From Octopus bimaculoides (taxonomy: Eukaryota): 64,000 bases of DNA. The translations under genes and the position numbers were made by a program. Below the pieces are notes generated by a model, which saw only the letters and a list, made by a program, of their open reading frames with translations, was not told the DNA's origin and made no database searches. Each line of letters begins with the position of its first letter. Position 1 is the first letter of the stretch. Location: the NCBI RefSeq assembly GCF_001194135.2, contig NC_069003.1, positions 13,444,809 through 13,508,808 of the forward strand, written 5' to 3'. Positions 12,535 through 24,985 of the stretch are shown here, in pieces.

Positions 12535-12790
12535 TGTGTTGCCGAGTGGTCAGGGTGTTGCACTCACGATCACAAACTCATAGGTTCAATTCCTGGACCA
12601 GGTAGTACGTTCTGTTCTTGAGCAAAACATTTCATCTAACCTTGCTCTTTGATCATTTCAACACCTGACATGTGGTACACTATACACCTGTTCCGACCCT
12701 GTTGATTTGATGGAGGCAGCAAGCTAATGTACAACACACATTTGATCACTGTAAACAAATCAAGTTGTTCAGCAAGAACAGCCTGCATAG
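12535..12790 (+). mobile_element. Third tRNA-headed SINE family; related copies ~37365-37500(+) and ~35420-35600(-)
   Basis: GCCGAGTGGT A-box-like and GGTTCAATTCC B-box-like motifs, followed by a shared TTCTTGAGCAAAACA segment. Confidence 0.65.
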
Positions 12791-12878
12791 AGGCCATACA
12801 TGTAAATGACTATAATATAGTATATATATGCATATGTATATATATGTGTATGTATATGTATATGTATACATATGTGTG

Positions 12879-12928
<50 letters not shown>

Positions 12929-14152
12929 CAAATAGTAAATGAGTATATGCATATATACGTACAGGTATGTGCATACCGACATCCACCTGTATGTATAGGT
13001 GCATATCTGGGTACAGGACATTGCAAACAACGTAGACGAGAACACACGAGCCACATAGAGAACATTCTACTTCATCAGCTACCCACGTTTTAACACCGGC
13101 GTTTCGACGAGCTTGGGCAGGACGCATCGTTAAAACGGCTCGTCCCATGGATCGCAGATTAAATTTGTATACGCAAATTAAATCTAGCCATGGAGGAATG
13201 TAGTGGCGGACAAAAAACAAGACAGGAAAACAAACAGAAAAGGCTTTACGGCCAGACGAGAAAAATTATGTGTGTATGAACGCGATGAGGCACGAACCCG
13301 AGAGAGACAAAGTGGTGCGTGCGTTGCTTGGCAAAAGCCAAGGAAGGAAAGGATTATTGACCGGAAGCATGTGACCATGCCGGTAGAGAGAGTGGTAGAG
13401 GGAGAAACAAAGGGAGGAAGTAGAAGAATAGATGAGCAACAGGGGAAAAGAGAAAGAGAGGAAATACCAGGGGGAGGCCGTTGCCAGTACCGCTGGACTG
13501 GCCCTCATGCCAGTGGCATGTAAAAAGCACCCACTACACTCTCAGAGTGGTTGGTGTTAGGAAGGGCATCCCGCTGTAGAAACTCTGCCAGATCAGATTG
13601 GAGTCTGGTGTAACCATCTGGTTCACCAGTCAAATCGTCCAACCCATGCTAGCATGGAAAGCGGACGTTAAATGATGATGATTATATATATATATATACC
13701 CAACAATTAAGCCAAATTAACGTCCAGTAACCAAAAGTCTGAAAACAAGCATGGGCACCCAAGACATACCTTTGAAAATACTTTAGACAGACAAAATGTA
13801 GCTTTGTATATAGTAGCCAGTGCATGTTCAGTGTAAGTTGTAGCAGCCAGCACAAATACCTGCTCTATTGCTACATGTATGAATGAACGTTTTGGTGGTG
13901 GTGATGGCGGTGGCGGCGGCGGAAAGAAAACAGTGAATAAACAAACAAGGTAGCCTCTACATGGCTGCTCACGCAGCTAGAAATAGCAACCGACTGCTTT
14001 TTCTTGAGCTAAGAAAGGCACATTGAGTTGACCCAGCTACACTAAGAGGACTGACGACCTAGGGCTAAACAACAGCAACAATAAGAACCTGGTGAAATGG
14101 ATCAGTCTTGGAAAGCTTAATCTACATTTGTCTGTGCAACCAAACTACCGAT

Positions 14153-14189
<37 letters not shown>

Positions 14190-17146
14190 CATATTTCCCC
14201 CTCCCAAGTTTCAGCTGTGGTCAGTGAAGCTGACAAATACTTAGGGATTTGATCATGTGATTCACACCATCTGGGTATCCAGCCCTTTACAGTTTTAAAG
14301 ACAGTAGGGTGTGTGTGATATGATGGAAATTTTAACTGCTGTTTCCAGCAGACTGGGCAACCATGTCGAAACTCTCTATCTATCTCTATTTCTCTCTCCC
14401 TCTCATATATATATATATATATATATATCTTTTATCTCTTTTACTTGTTTCAGTCGTTTGACTGTGGCCTTGCTGGAGCACCGCCTTTAGTCGAGCAAAT
14501 CGACCCCAGGACTTATCCTTTGTAAGCCTAGTACTTATTCTATCGATCTCTTTTGCCGAACCGCTAAGTTACGGGGACGTAAACACACCAGCATCGGTTG
14601 TCAAGTGATGTTGGGGGGACAAACACAGACACATAAACATACACACACATATATATATATATACATATATACGACGGGCTTCTTTCAGTTTCCATNNNNN
14701 NNNNNNNNNNNNNNNNNNNNNNNNNNNNNNNNNNNNNNNNNNNNNNNNNNNNNNNNNNNNNNNNNNNNNNNNNNNNNNNNNNNNNNNNNNNNNNNNNNNN
14801 NNNNNNNNNNNNNNNNNNNNNNNNNNNNNNNNNNNNNNNNNNNNNNNNNNNNNNNNNNNNNNNNNNNNNNNNNNNNNNNNNNNNNNNNNNNNNNNNNNNN
14901 NNNNNNNNNNNNNNNNNNNNNNNNNNNNNNNNNNNNNNNNNNNNNNNNNNNNNNNNNNNNNNNNNNNNNNNNNNNNNNNNNNNNNNNNNNNNNNNNNNNN
15001 NNNNNNNNNNNNNNNNNNNNNNNNNNNNNNNNNNNNNNNNNNNNNNNNNNNNNNNNNNNNNNNNNNNNNNNNNNNNNNNNNNNNNNNNNNNNNNNNNNNN
15101 NNNNNNNNNNNNNNNNNNNNNNNNNNNNNNNNNNNNNNNNNNNNNNNNNNNNNNNNNNNNNNNNNNNNNNNNNNNNNNNNNNNNNNNNNNNNNNNNNNNN
15201 NNNNNNNNNNNNNNNNNNNNNNNNNNNNNNNNNNNNNNNNNNNNNNNNNNNNNNNNNNNNNNNNNNNNNNNNNNNNNNNNNNNNNNNNNNNNNNNNNNNN
15301 NNNNNNNNNNNNNNNNNNNNNNNNNNNNNNNNNNNNNNNNNNNNNNNNNNNNNNNNNNNNNNNNNTATATATATATATATATATACATACATACACACAC
15401 AGGTAAGTACATAAGTGCCAAACAAGGTGGAAAAAATAGTACTTGAATACCAAAAGTAGAGTAATATACTTTTTATTAAAGCTGCAAAATTATCACAGCT
15501 GTCCAACAAATAGGAACATGACTCTCTGAGTAACAGATGCACCTTCATTCAGAGTCTTTCCACAAGCATGGTCCGAAGCTAATATTTAATATATATATAT
15601 ATATATATACATATATATATACATACATACATATGTAATCTGTATTTGTGTGTGTGTGTCCTCCTTTCTCTCTCTGTCTGTCTGTCTGTCTCTCTCTCTC
15701 TATCTATCTATCTCTCCTCATTAACATATGTTGTTGTTTAGCCCCAGTTCAACCCTTATCAAGCAGAATCGAGCAGATCTTTCACCAAAGGTGTTTAAAA
15801 ACCAAGCCATAACCATCCATCCAGGTCTCTTTATTATATCAGAGGGGCTACAATTCCACAATATTTTTTAAAGGCTTTTTCAAAGTTGGTCGGTCGTGGA
15901 AGTTGTATTTGAGAGTGAATTTGAGCTGTTGTTTCTAGCAGAGAAAGTTTCCATCATTGACTCGTTATGCATTCTTGTTATTGTTTGCTGATGGTCTTGC
16001 TTTTCGTTTTTGCTGTGCTGTTGTTATTGTTGTTGTGCTGTTGTTATTGGTATTGTCCTGGGTGCATTTTGTAAACAACAATGAATCACAATGCGTACTC
16101 CCCGCCCTGCTTACCTTGTCCTACTTCCTTAATCTCTTCTCCTCATCCCTCCCTCCACTCCCTACACCTCTCTCTCTCTCTAAGGTACCAACAGCATCCG
16201 CTGTCTTGTCTGTTCTCCATTCCTCACTCACCTTAAAACTCCACCCAGCCCCCAAGGCATTTGTGCATTATATTTTTTTAATTGTATTTTTTTTTTGAAG
16301 TTTTTTTATTATTTTATTTTTCACTTCCTCCGGCAACATCTCTCCACAACCTCATTATGGCTAATCTGCCCTGTCTCCTTGCCAAGAACATCATCATCAT
16401 TACTCTAACCACCACCACCACCATCATCATCAACATTATCATCATCATCATCTTTATTTTTGTCGTCATCATGACAACTACAATCACCACTGTCATCTTA
16501 ATCGCCACCTTAACCATCATCATCATCATCATTACAACTAACGCAACCACCACCATCACCACCACCACCACCACCATCACCACCACCACCACCATCACCA
16601 CCACCACCACTGTTATCATGATGGCCAACATCATCATCATCATCATCACTACCACCACCACCACTGTCATCATCATCACCACAGCCACCATCATCATAAT
16701 CACCACCATTATCATCTGGTGCTGNNNNNNNNNNNNNNNNNNNNNNNNNNNNNNNNNNNNNNNNNNNNNNNNNNNNNNNNNNNNNNNNNNNNNNNNNNNN
16801 NNNNNNNNNNNNNNNNNNNNNNNNNNNNNNNNNNNNNNNNNNNNNNNNNNNNNNNNNNNNNNNNNNNNNNNNNNNNNNNNNNNNNNNNNNNNNNNNNNNN
16901 NNNNNNNNNNNNNNNNNNNNNNNNNNNNNNNNNNNNNNNNNNNNNNNNNNNNNNNNNNNNNNNNNNTGCCACCCTCTCATTCAGCATCACATTACACCAT
17001 CCTCCTCCTCCTCCTCCTCCTCCTGCGTACGCAGTAGAAAGTGAAGCCATGGATTAATTTATTCTACTTTCCTCCAGTCCGCAGCAGCAGCAGCACTTGC
17101 ACCAATCTCACCAGGGTGTGTGTACATGCACGCACACACATACACA

Positions 17147-17189
<43 letters not shown>

Positions 17190-17741
17190 ACACACACAAA
17201 CACTTGCATGCATTTATATATATATATTTAGGTTAATAAAACTGTGCCTTATAAGTATATTGAGTCCTGCTATGTCAGAGCAGAAATGTAATATATAGGC
17301 ACAAACATGGCTTTGTGGTAAGAAACTTTGGTTTTGGGTTCAGTCCCACTGCCTGGCACCTTGGGGCAAGTGATTGGGTAAATATTTATGCCTTCTTAAA
17401 TGCAGATGTTCTGTTAGAACAAACTATACTGCAGTGGATACCATGAGAGAACCTCTCCTATTGGCTAATTGCGACAACAGTACCTGTCCTGGCACTGATT
17501 TTCTATATATTGCTGGTGGGGAGATCAGTGGCTGCTATCTCTAGTGGTTGAGTGCTTGTCATTGATAAGACCAGGGAAGGTTAAAATCACATAATCTGGT
17601 GGCCTCAGTGCTTGAGATGGTGGGAATTTATCCCCCTGCTAGCAATATAAACAAGAGATAGTGTAAGAGTATATCTCATTGTATCTACCACAGTTTAGTT
17701 TGTTCTATGTTTAAGTGGGCATAAATAAATATATGTGTCTA

Positions 17742-17904
17742 TAGGCGCAGCGTGACTATGTGGTAAGAAGCTTGCTTCCCACCCACATGGTTCCAGGTTC
17801 AGTCCCACTGCATGGCACCTTAGGCAAGTATCTTCTCCTATAATTTCAGGCCAACCAAAGCCTTGTGAGTGGATTTGGTACACGGAAACTGAAAGAAGCC
17901 CATC

Positions 17905-17940
<36 letters not shown>

Positions 17941-18154
17941 TATATTTGTGTGTCTGTGTTTGTCCCCACCACCACCACTGCTTGACAACTGACGTTGGTG
18001 TGTTTACATCCCTGTAACTTAGTGGTTCAGCAAAAGCGACCGATAGAATAAGTACTAGGCTTACAAAGAATAAGTCCTGGAGCCGATTTGTTCAACTAAA
18101 GGTAGTGCTCCAGCCTGGCCGCAGTCAAATGAATGAAACAAGTAAAAGAAAAAG

Positions 18155-18155
<1 letters not shown>
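17742..18155 (+). mobile_element. SINE family A, full-length copy
   Basis: Head GGCGCAGCGTGACTATGTGGT, B-box-like GGTTCAGTCCC, conserved body and tail. Confidence 0.85.
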
Positions 18156-18189
<34 letters not shown>

Positions 18190-18338
18190 TATGCAGGGCA
18201 GGGAATCGTCAATTAGTAATAAAATTAATAATCAACAATTTTGCCGGGTAGTTTTGAAATCAGTAGTTCTTTGACTGCTATTTCTGAATTCTCAGTATGT
18301 TGGAGAAGCAGGTTACTGTCAATCCCTATATATTTATG

Positions 18339-18372
<34 letters not shown>

Positions 18373-20149
18373 ATGGGCTTTTTTCAATTTCCGTCTGCCA
18401 AATTCACTCACAAATCTTTGGTTGGCTTGGCATGTAGTAAAAGACACTTGGCCAAGGTGCCACATTCTGGGATTGAACCCAGAACCTTGTGGTTGGAAAG
18501 TAAACTTCTTACCCCACAGTTATGCCTGCACCTTTTATGTGAGGTTAATATTTGAGACTGTATTGTTACTAACTTGACCAAAATGGATTTGGTGACAAAG
18601 ACACGAAGACAGACAGACAACTGTACTACAGCTGTAGTATTCCAATGTATAGTACCAGTCATACACTGGGGTCGGTTCACTTTGTTCTCATTATCTAACA
18701 ACCTTGCAGAAAGTACCTTGAGCCTGTTATTGTTGTTGCTTTTACTGTCTTGTTTTTTATTTTCAAGTTTTGTACTTGTTATTGCTGTTGTTTATCATTA
18801 TTGCTTGTTGTTGATGATGATGATGATGACGATGACGATGCACTTGTGTTTTATCATTGTTGTTATGTGATTAGAATTGGAGATAACCCGTCACCAACAA
18901 CAACAACAACAACAACAACATCAGCACATTGTACTCTGTGTACTTGTTCATCATGGTAATAACAACACAACAACGAGAACAACAACAGACAGATAACAAC
19001 AACTGCAACAACAAGGATTAGTCAAAATAAATCATCACTGTCATCATCACTATGATCATCATCATCATTACCATCATCGTTGTCATCGTCATCATAATGC
19101 TAACATCAACAACAACAGACAATATAAACAACAACAGCAACAGCTAAAACAACCATATATGGACAAAAATTAGTAAAAACAATCATCATTGTCACCATCA
19201 CCATCATTGTCATCATCACCATCATTGTCGTCATCATTGTCATCATCACCATCATTGTCGTCATCATTGTCACCTCACCGTCATTGTCATCATCATTGTC
19301 ATTTTAACTTTTCCTGACTGGAAGGATTCGAGAGGGTTTCCTGAAGCAGTGTTTTTTACAACCTGATGCCCTTCTTGATCCTAAAATATTTTAGTTGCCT
19401 TCTAGCATATACTGGGACATGGCATACCAATTCTAAAAGCTGGGATACATAAAGTTTCCAAGTGAGAACTTNNNNNNNNNNNNNNNNNNNNNNNNNNNNN
19501 NNNNNNNNNNNNNNNNNNNNNNNNNNNNNNNNNNNNNNNNNNNNNNNNNNNNNNNNNNNNNNNNNNNNNNNNNNNNNNNNNNNNNNNNNNNNNNNNNNNN
19601 NNNNNNNNNNNNNNNNNNNNNNNNNNNNNNNGACAACCAATGTTGGTATGTTTAGCAGTTCAGCAAAAGAGACCAATAGAATAAGTACTAGGTTTACAAA
19701 GAATATGTCCTGGTGTCAATTTCTTTAACTGAAACCCTTTAAGGTGGTACTCCAGTATGGCCACAGCCAAAATGACTGAAACTAGTAAAAGAATAAAAGA
19801 ATAAGGCGGGGTTTGGTGCCACTGCTATGCACCTTGGGTAAGTGTCTTCTAGAGCTTCAAGCTGACCAAAGCCTTGTGAGTGGATTTCGTAAATTGAAAC
19901 TGAAAGAAACCCATCATGTGTGTGTGTGTGTGTCATTTTGCTTGCATTTCTACTTGACAACCAGTGTTGGTTTGTTTGTGTCCACATAAAATAGTTTGGC
20001 AAAAGAAACTGATAAATTAAGTATGAAACTTAAAATAAATACCAGGGTTAATTTGTTCAACTAAATCCACCAGGGTGGTGCTCCAGCATGGTCTCAATCC
20101 AATGACTGAACCAAGTAAGGATAAAAGATAGCATTATTATCTCCAGTTA

Positions 20150-20750
20150 AGTAATAATAGGTGTGTTTCTCAGAATGGATACACTAAGGTTATCATACTT
20201 TACTATGATGACCAATAAACTATAAGACAGGTGTTGACCTAATATTATTACTAAACTATATAGGTCATGGTTACATCTCAGAATAGATATAGCAAGGTTG
20301 TGATATAATAATATCTGATAGATCATAAGACATGTGTTAAGCTAATATTGTTACTAACTGCAATCAATTATCATATCTCAAGGTAAACAACCCAAGGTAA
20401 TTACACTATGATAATCGACAGATCATAAGTCATGTCAACCTAATATTATTAACATCAGTTAATTATGTCTCAAGGTTATTAAACTATGATAACCGATAAA
20501 TTATACGACAGGTGTTGACCTAATATTACTAAACTACAGTTCATGATGACATCTCAGAATAGACATACCAAGGTTATGAAACAATAGATAACTGATAGAT
20601 CATAAATTATAAGACGGGTCTTAACCTAATATCATTACTTACTACAGTTCACAGTGACCTCTCAGATGAGATATACCAAGATTATTAAGCAATGATAAAT
20701 GGCTGGTCCTAAGATGTGTTTACCTAATATTATTACAAAACCTCAGTTAC
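20150..20750. repeat. Degenerate ~100-bp tandem repeat, about 6 units
   Basis: Anchor (C/G)CTAATAT at 20238, 20341, 20439, 20519, 20625, 20723. Confidence 0.88.
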
Positions 20751-21052
20751 TGGCACCATTGCAAGTTAACACTTTGCCCATCATGGGAGTCGCTGGTGAC
20801 TTTTGTAGTACAAATGAATATAATATTCATTCTGTACTGTGGGAATCACTGGTGATATCTTATCCATCCATCCATCTGTCCGTCCATCTTCTCTGCTCTC
20901 TATTCCTGACCAAACTGTTTTTGTTTTCTTGTAGCTTCAATCTTCCTTAAAATAAGTACCAGTTGAATACTGGGGTCAATTTCATCAACTTATCCTTCCA
21001 CTGAAATTGCAGGCTTTGTGCCAAAAATTTGAAATTATCATTGTTATTATTA

Positions 21053-21283
21053 AGGCAGTGAGCTGGCGGAATTGTTAGCATGCCAGGCGAAATGCTTAGC
21101 AGTATTTGGTCTGCCACTACATACTGAGTTCAAATTCTACCGAGACCGACTTTGCCTTTCATTCTTTCAAGGTCAATGAAGTAAGTACCAGTTACACACT
21201 GGGGTCAATGTAATTGACTAGCCCCCTCCCCACCAAATCTCAGGCCTTGTGCCTAGAGTAGAAAGGATTATTATTATTACTAT
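21053..21283 (+). mobile_element. tRNA-derived SINE family B with (ATT)n tail; other copies ~29460-29705, 31790-32010, 39075-39320, 49365-49610, 62080-62270(-)
   Basis: Head GAGCTGGCGGAATTGTTAGC, B-box-like GAGTTCAAATTC, shared AAGTACCAG..CTGGGGTC core, (ATT)n tail. Confidence 0.8.
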
Positions 21284-21506
21284 TACGGTAGCAAGCTGAT
21301 TCATTAGCAATGTTGGACAAAATGTTTAGTAACATTTCTTCTGATTCTGTTAAGGTCAACTTTGCTTTTTATCAGGTGCAATAAGGGTCAGTGTAATCAA
21401 CTGACCCCCTCCCTGTGAAAGTTTCATGCCTTTTGCCTACAGTAAAAATAATTATTTTTGTTGTTGTTGTTGTTCATTTCTTTTTTTTTTCTACTTTTGT
21501 TTACAG

Positions 21507-21652
21507 TTCAACATCAAGAGAAGCAGCAAGATGCACTCAAACAACAGCAGCAGCAGCAGCAGCAACAACAGCAGCAACAGCAGCAGCAGCAGGCTCTGGT
21601 GCAACATGCAATCACTCAGCAAGTGTTACCTCCCAATGCCCCGTGGCAGACC
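21507..21652 (+). CDS. CHERP: CHERP exon, Gln-rich (QHQEKQQDALK-Q17-ALVQHAITQQVLPPNAPWQT); 3' end lost in gap
   Basis: Acceptor ttttgtttacag|TT at 21506/21507, phase 1; open frame up to the N-gap at 21653; position matches the Q-rich linker after the SURP domain. Confidence 0.75.
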
Positions 21653-22203
21653 NNNNNNNNNNNNNNNNNNNNNNNNNNNNNNNNNNNNNNNNNNNNNNNN
21701 NNNNNNNNNNNNNNNNNNNNNNNNNNNNNNNNNNNNNNNNNNNNNNNNNNNNNNNNNNNNNNNNNNNNNNNNNNNNNNNNNNNNNNNNNNNNNNNNNNNN
21801 NNNNNNNNNNNNNNNNNNNNNNNNNNNNNNNNNNNNNNNNNNNNNNNNNNNNNNNNNNNNNNNNNNNNNNNNNNNNNNNNNNNNNNNNNNNNNNNNNNNN
21901 NNNNNNNNNNNNNNNNNNNNNNNNNNNNNNNNNNNNNNNNNNNNNNNNNNNNNNNNNNNNNNNNNNNNNNNNNNNNNNNNNNNNNNNNNNNNNNNNNNNN
22001 NNNNNNNNNNNNNNNNNNNNNNNNNNNNNNNNNNNNNNNNNNNNNNNNNNNNNNNNNNNNNNNNNNNNNNNNNNNNNNNNNNNNNNNNNNNNNNNNNNNN
22101 NNNNNNNNNNNNNNNNNNNNNNNNNNNNNNNNNNNNNNNNNNNNNNNNNNNNNNNNNNNNNNNNNNNNNNNNNNNNNNNNNNNNNNNNNNNNNNNNNNNN
22201 NNN

Positions 22204-22340
22204 NGTACTTCTCTCTCTCTCTGTACTTCTCTCCCTCTCTGTACTTCTCTCTCTCTCTGTACTTCTCTCTCTCTCTGTACTTCTCTCTCTCTCTGTACTT
22301 CTCTCCCTCTCTGTACTTCTCTCTCTCTGTACTTCTCTCT
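22204..22340. repeat. 18-bp tandem repeat GTACTT(CT)6, about 7 units, running out of a gap
   Basis: Direct inspection. Confidence 0.9.
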
Positions 22341-22766
22341 TTTTTCTGTTTCTACCTTCCTTCTCTCTCTCTCTCTCTCATTTCCATTCTCTTTCTCCCC
22401 CTCTTTTTCTCTGTCTCTGCCTATCTCTCTCTCTCTTTACCCACCTCTCTCTCTTTCTCACTGCTTATCTTCTTCCTTCTCTCTCTTTCTCTTCCACTTT
22501 TCCATCTCTTTCTATTTTCTTACTGTCTTCCTTCTCTCACTCTTTCTTGCTCTCCCTTCTTTCTCTCCCTCTCTCTCTTGCTTTCTCTGTAACTGTGTGT
22601 GTATCTCTCTCCCCCTCTCATATACATATTAATGTTTGGTTTGATATTGAATTGAGCAGAGGGTTGAATGTCTCAATGTTTCTCAAAAGTACAGAATAAA
22701 AGTCAGTTTGTCAATGTCCCAAAGTTGTGTTCCCTGTTTAATGTTGAAGTCTATTTTGTTTCACAG

Positions 22767-22904
22767 ATCCAGATTGAAGAGGCAATACTGAAATGTCGTA
22801 TGAAGATGGTGGAAAAACTGTCAGAGGAATGTGATATTGACCTATGTGAGTTAGATAAAACGGTACAACCCATTATTGAATCGTGCACTAAGGACGCAAT
22901 TCTG
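22767..22904 (+). CDS. CHERP: CHERP exon, start of CID domain (IQIEEAILKC...QPIIESCTKDAIL)
   Basis: tttcacag| acceptor, |gtgagt donor, 138 nt, phase 0-0. Confidence 0.95.
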
Positions 22905-23045
22905 GTGAGTCTTTAGTTACATGAAACAACAATTCTGCTCTCCCTCAAATCACACACAATAAGAGAATGTGACTTGAAGGAGATTTAAATTTGGTTACAC
23001 TCTGTTATCTTCAGTTAATCCTCTGTTTTTGTCTCTTTTTCCCAG

Positions 23046-23122
23046 AATGGTAAAAGCTGGATATTCACACATTGTTTCACAGAAGATCACTGTCAACTTA
23101 TTGCACAGTATTTATTGAACAG
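23046..23122 (+). CDS. CHERP: CHERP exon, CID domain (NGKSWIFTHCFTEDHCQLIAQYLLNR)
   Basis: ttttcccag| acceptor, |gtaact donor, 77 nt, phase 0-2. Confidence 0.95.
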
Positions 23123-23425
23123 GTAACTTCCTTTCCTCTACTATCCACTACTGCATGTTCAGATCACCCCTTCCCTCCTCCTTTTTCTTTAAATGTGCCA
23201 GTGGCACATAAAAATCACCCAGCACACTCTGGGAAGTGGTTGGCATTAGGAAGGGCATCATCCAGCTGTAGAAACCATGCCACAACAGACAATTGGAGTC
23301 TGAATAGCTCCCCGACTAGCCAGCTCATCAAACCATCCAACCCATGCCTGTATGGAAAACAGACATTAAATGATGATGATATATGTGTATCTATCTCTCA
23401 GTCTCTCTGTCTATCCATCTGTTTA

Positions 23426-23466
<41 letters not shown>

Positions 23467-23817
23467 GTCTCTATCCATCTGTCTGTCAATCTATCTGTCT
23501 TTGCATCTATCCATCTATCTATCTATCTAACTATCTATCTATTTCATTTAAACTGAATATTCATTTTGTAACCAAAGTTTCATGCTGCTGCAATCTTCAG
23601 GCAAGAACTATTGCAACTTAATATTGCTATTCTTTTATTATATCCATTGGTGTAACTGTGCCATCTGGTTTATGTGTATATGTGTGTGCATATATGATGT
23701 GTATACTGATACATGTGTGTGCTGTGTGTTTAGCTTCATTCATTTAACAACATTCTCCATTGATGTTGGTAACCAGTCGAAAGTCTAAACCCTTCTCTGT
23801 GTGTTCTTGTTTTCCAG

Positions 23818-23892
23818 GATTACAGACAAGGAGTCCAGCTTTGACGTCAAACTGCATCTCATCTATCTCATCAATGACCTGTTGCATCACTG
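23818..23892 (+). CDS. CHERP: CHERP exon, CID domain (ITDKESSFDVKLHLIYLINDLLHHC)
   Basis: ttttccag| acceptor, |gtaagt donor, 75 nt, phase 2-2. Confidence 0.96.
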
Positions 23893-24063
23893 GTAAGTCC
23901 CATTGCTTCTGCCTCCACCTCATCTTTGCAATCTGTGTGTGTGTGTGTGTGTTAATGGGGGTGTTAATGGGGGTGATAATGGGGGTGATAATGGGGAATG
24001 ATGAAGACTTGAACCTAGCCATGCCATTAACTTGGTGATATTTATGCTGAACATTTCATCATC

Positions 24064-24118
<55 letters not shown>

Positions 24119-24544
24119 NNNNNNNNNNNNNNNNNNNNNNNNNNNNNNNNNNNNNNNNNNNNNNNNNNNNNNNNNNNNNNNNNNNNNNNNNNNNNNNNNN
24201 NNNNNNNNNCTCTCTCTCTCTCTCTCTCTCCCTCTCTCTCTCTCTCTCTGCTTGCTGCTATTGTTGCTGATGCAGATTATGATGATGATGATTGTCATAC
24301 AGTTCACTTCACCCCCCCCGTCATCTCTCTTCCACCCTACCTCTCTCTCTCTCCCACACACACAACTATTTCTGACTGTTGTTGTAGTTGTTTTATGGGT
24401 TCTTGATGTGTTTTCATATATTTTTTATTGTTTTTTTTTCTTCTCCTTTTTGCATATTGTTCTGATCGAAAGCACACTCCACCCCCACCCTGCTAGTTGT
24501 GATGGAGTGTTGGTAGGGGTGGATCAGTGGTGGTAACTGGTAAT

Positions 24545-24985
24545 TGGTGGTGGTGGTGGTGGTGGTGGTGGTGGTGGTGGCTGTCATAACCAGCACCACA
24601 ACACCATTAATGCCAATGCCTCTACCAACACAACTACCACCACCACCTCTACTACCACCAACACCTCTACCATCACCAACACCCCAACCATCAGCATCAC
24701 CAACAACAACTCCACCATTAACACCACCTCTTTCAGCACCACAACTATCACCAACACCTCTACCAAAGCCACCACCTCTACTATCACCAACACCCCCACC
24801 ATCAACTTCACCAACAACTCCACCATTAACACCACCTCTACCAAGGCCATCACCAACAACTCAACCATTAACACCACCTCTATCACCACTACCACCAACA
24901 CCTCTACCAAGACCACTACCTCTACCATCACCAACAACCCCACCATCAACAAACACTACTTCTACCACCACCACCACCACCAGTT
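24545..24985. repeat. (CCA)-derived low-complexity minisatellite
   Basis: Recurrent CAACAACTCCACCATTAACACCACCTCT; no splice signals fitting CHERP. Confidence 0.75.

Noticed and set aside
13060-13140. Minus-strand GAAAC-palindrome and CTGATGA as a hammerhead
   Set aside because: The order fits only type II, for which stems I and II do not pair; the type I reading lacks a valid core.
16967-17050. Minus-strand ATG with good context (MASLSTAYAGGGG...)
   Set aside because: The poly-Gly comes from a (GGA)n microsatellite, the frame runs into a gap, and no downstream exons were found.
17078-17115. Candidate micro-exon PQQQQHLHQSHQ (cctccag|...|gtgtgt)
   Set aside because: 38 nt with a weak donor; its phases do not fit the expected phase-1 to phase-1 link into 21507.
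20150-20750. CRISPR-like array
   Set aside because: Eukaryotic context; whole units are homologous, with no conserved repeat plus unique spacer structure and no cas genes.
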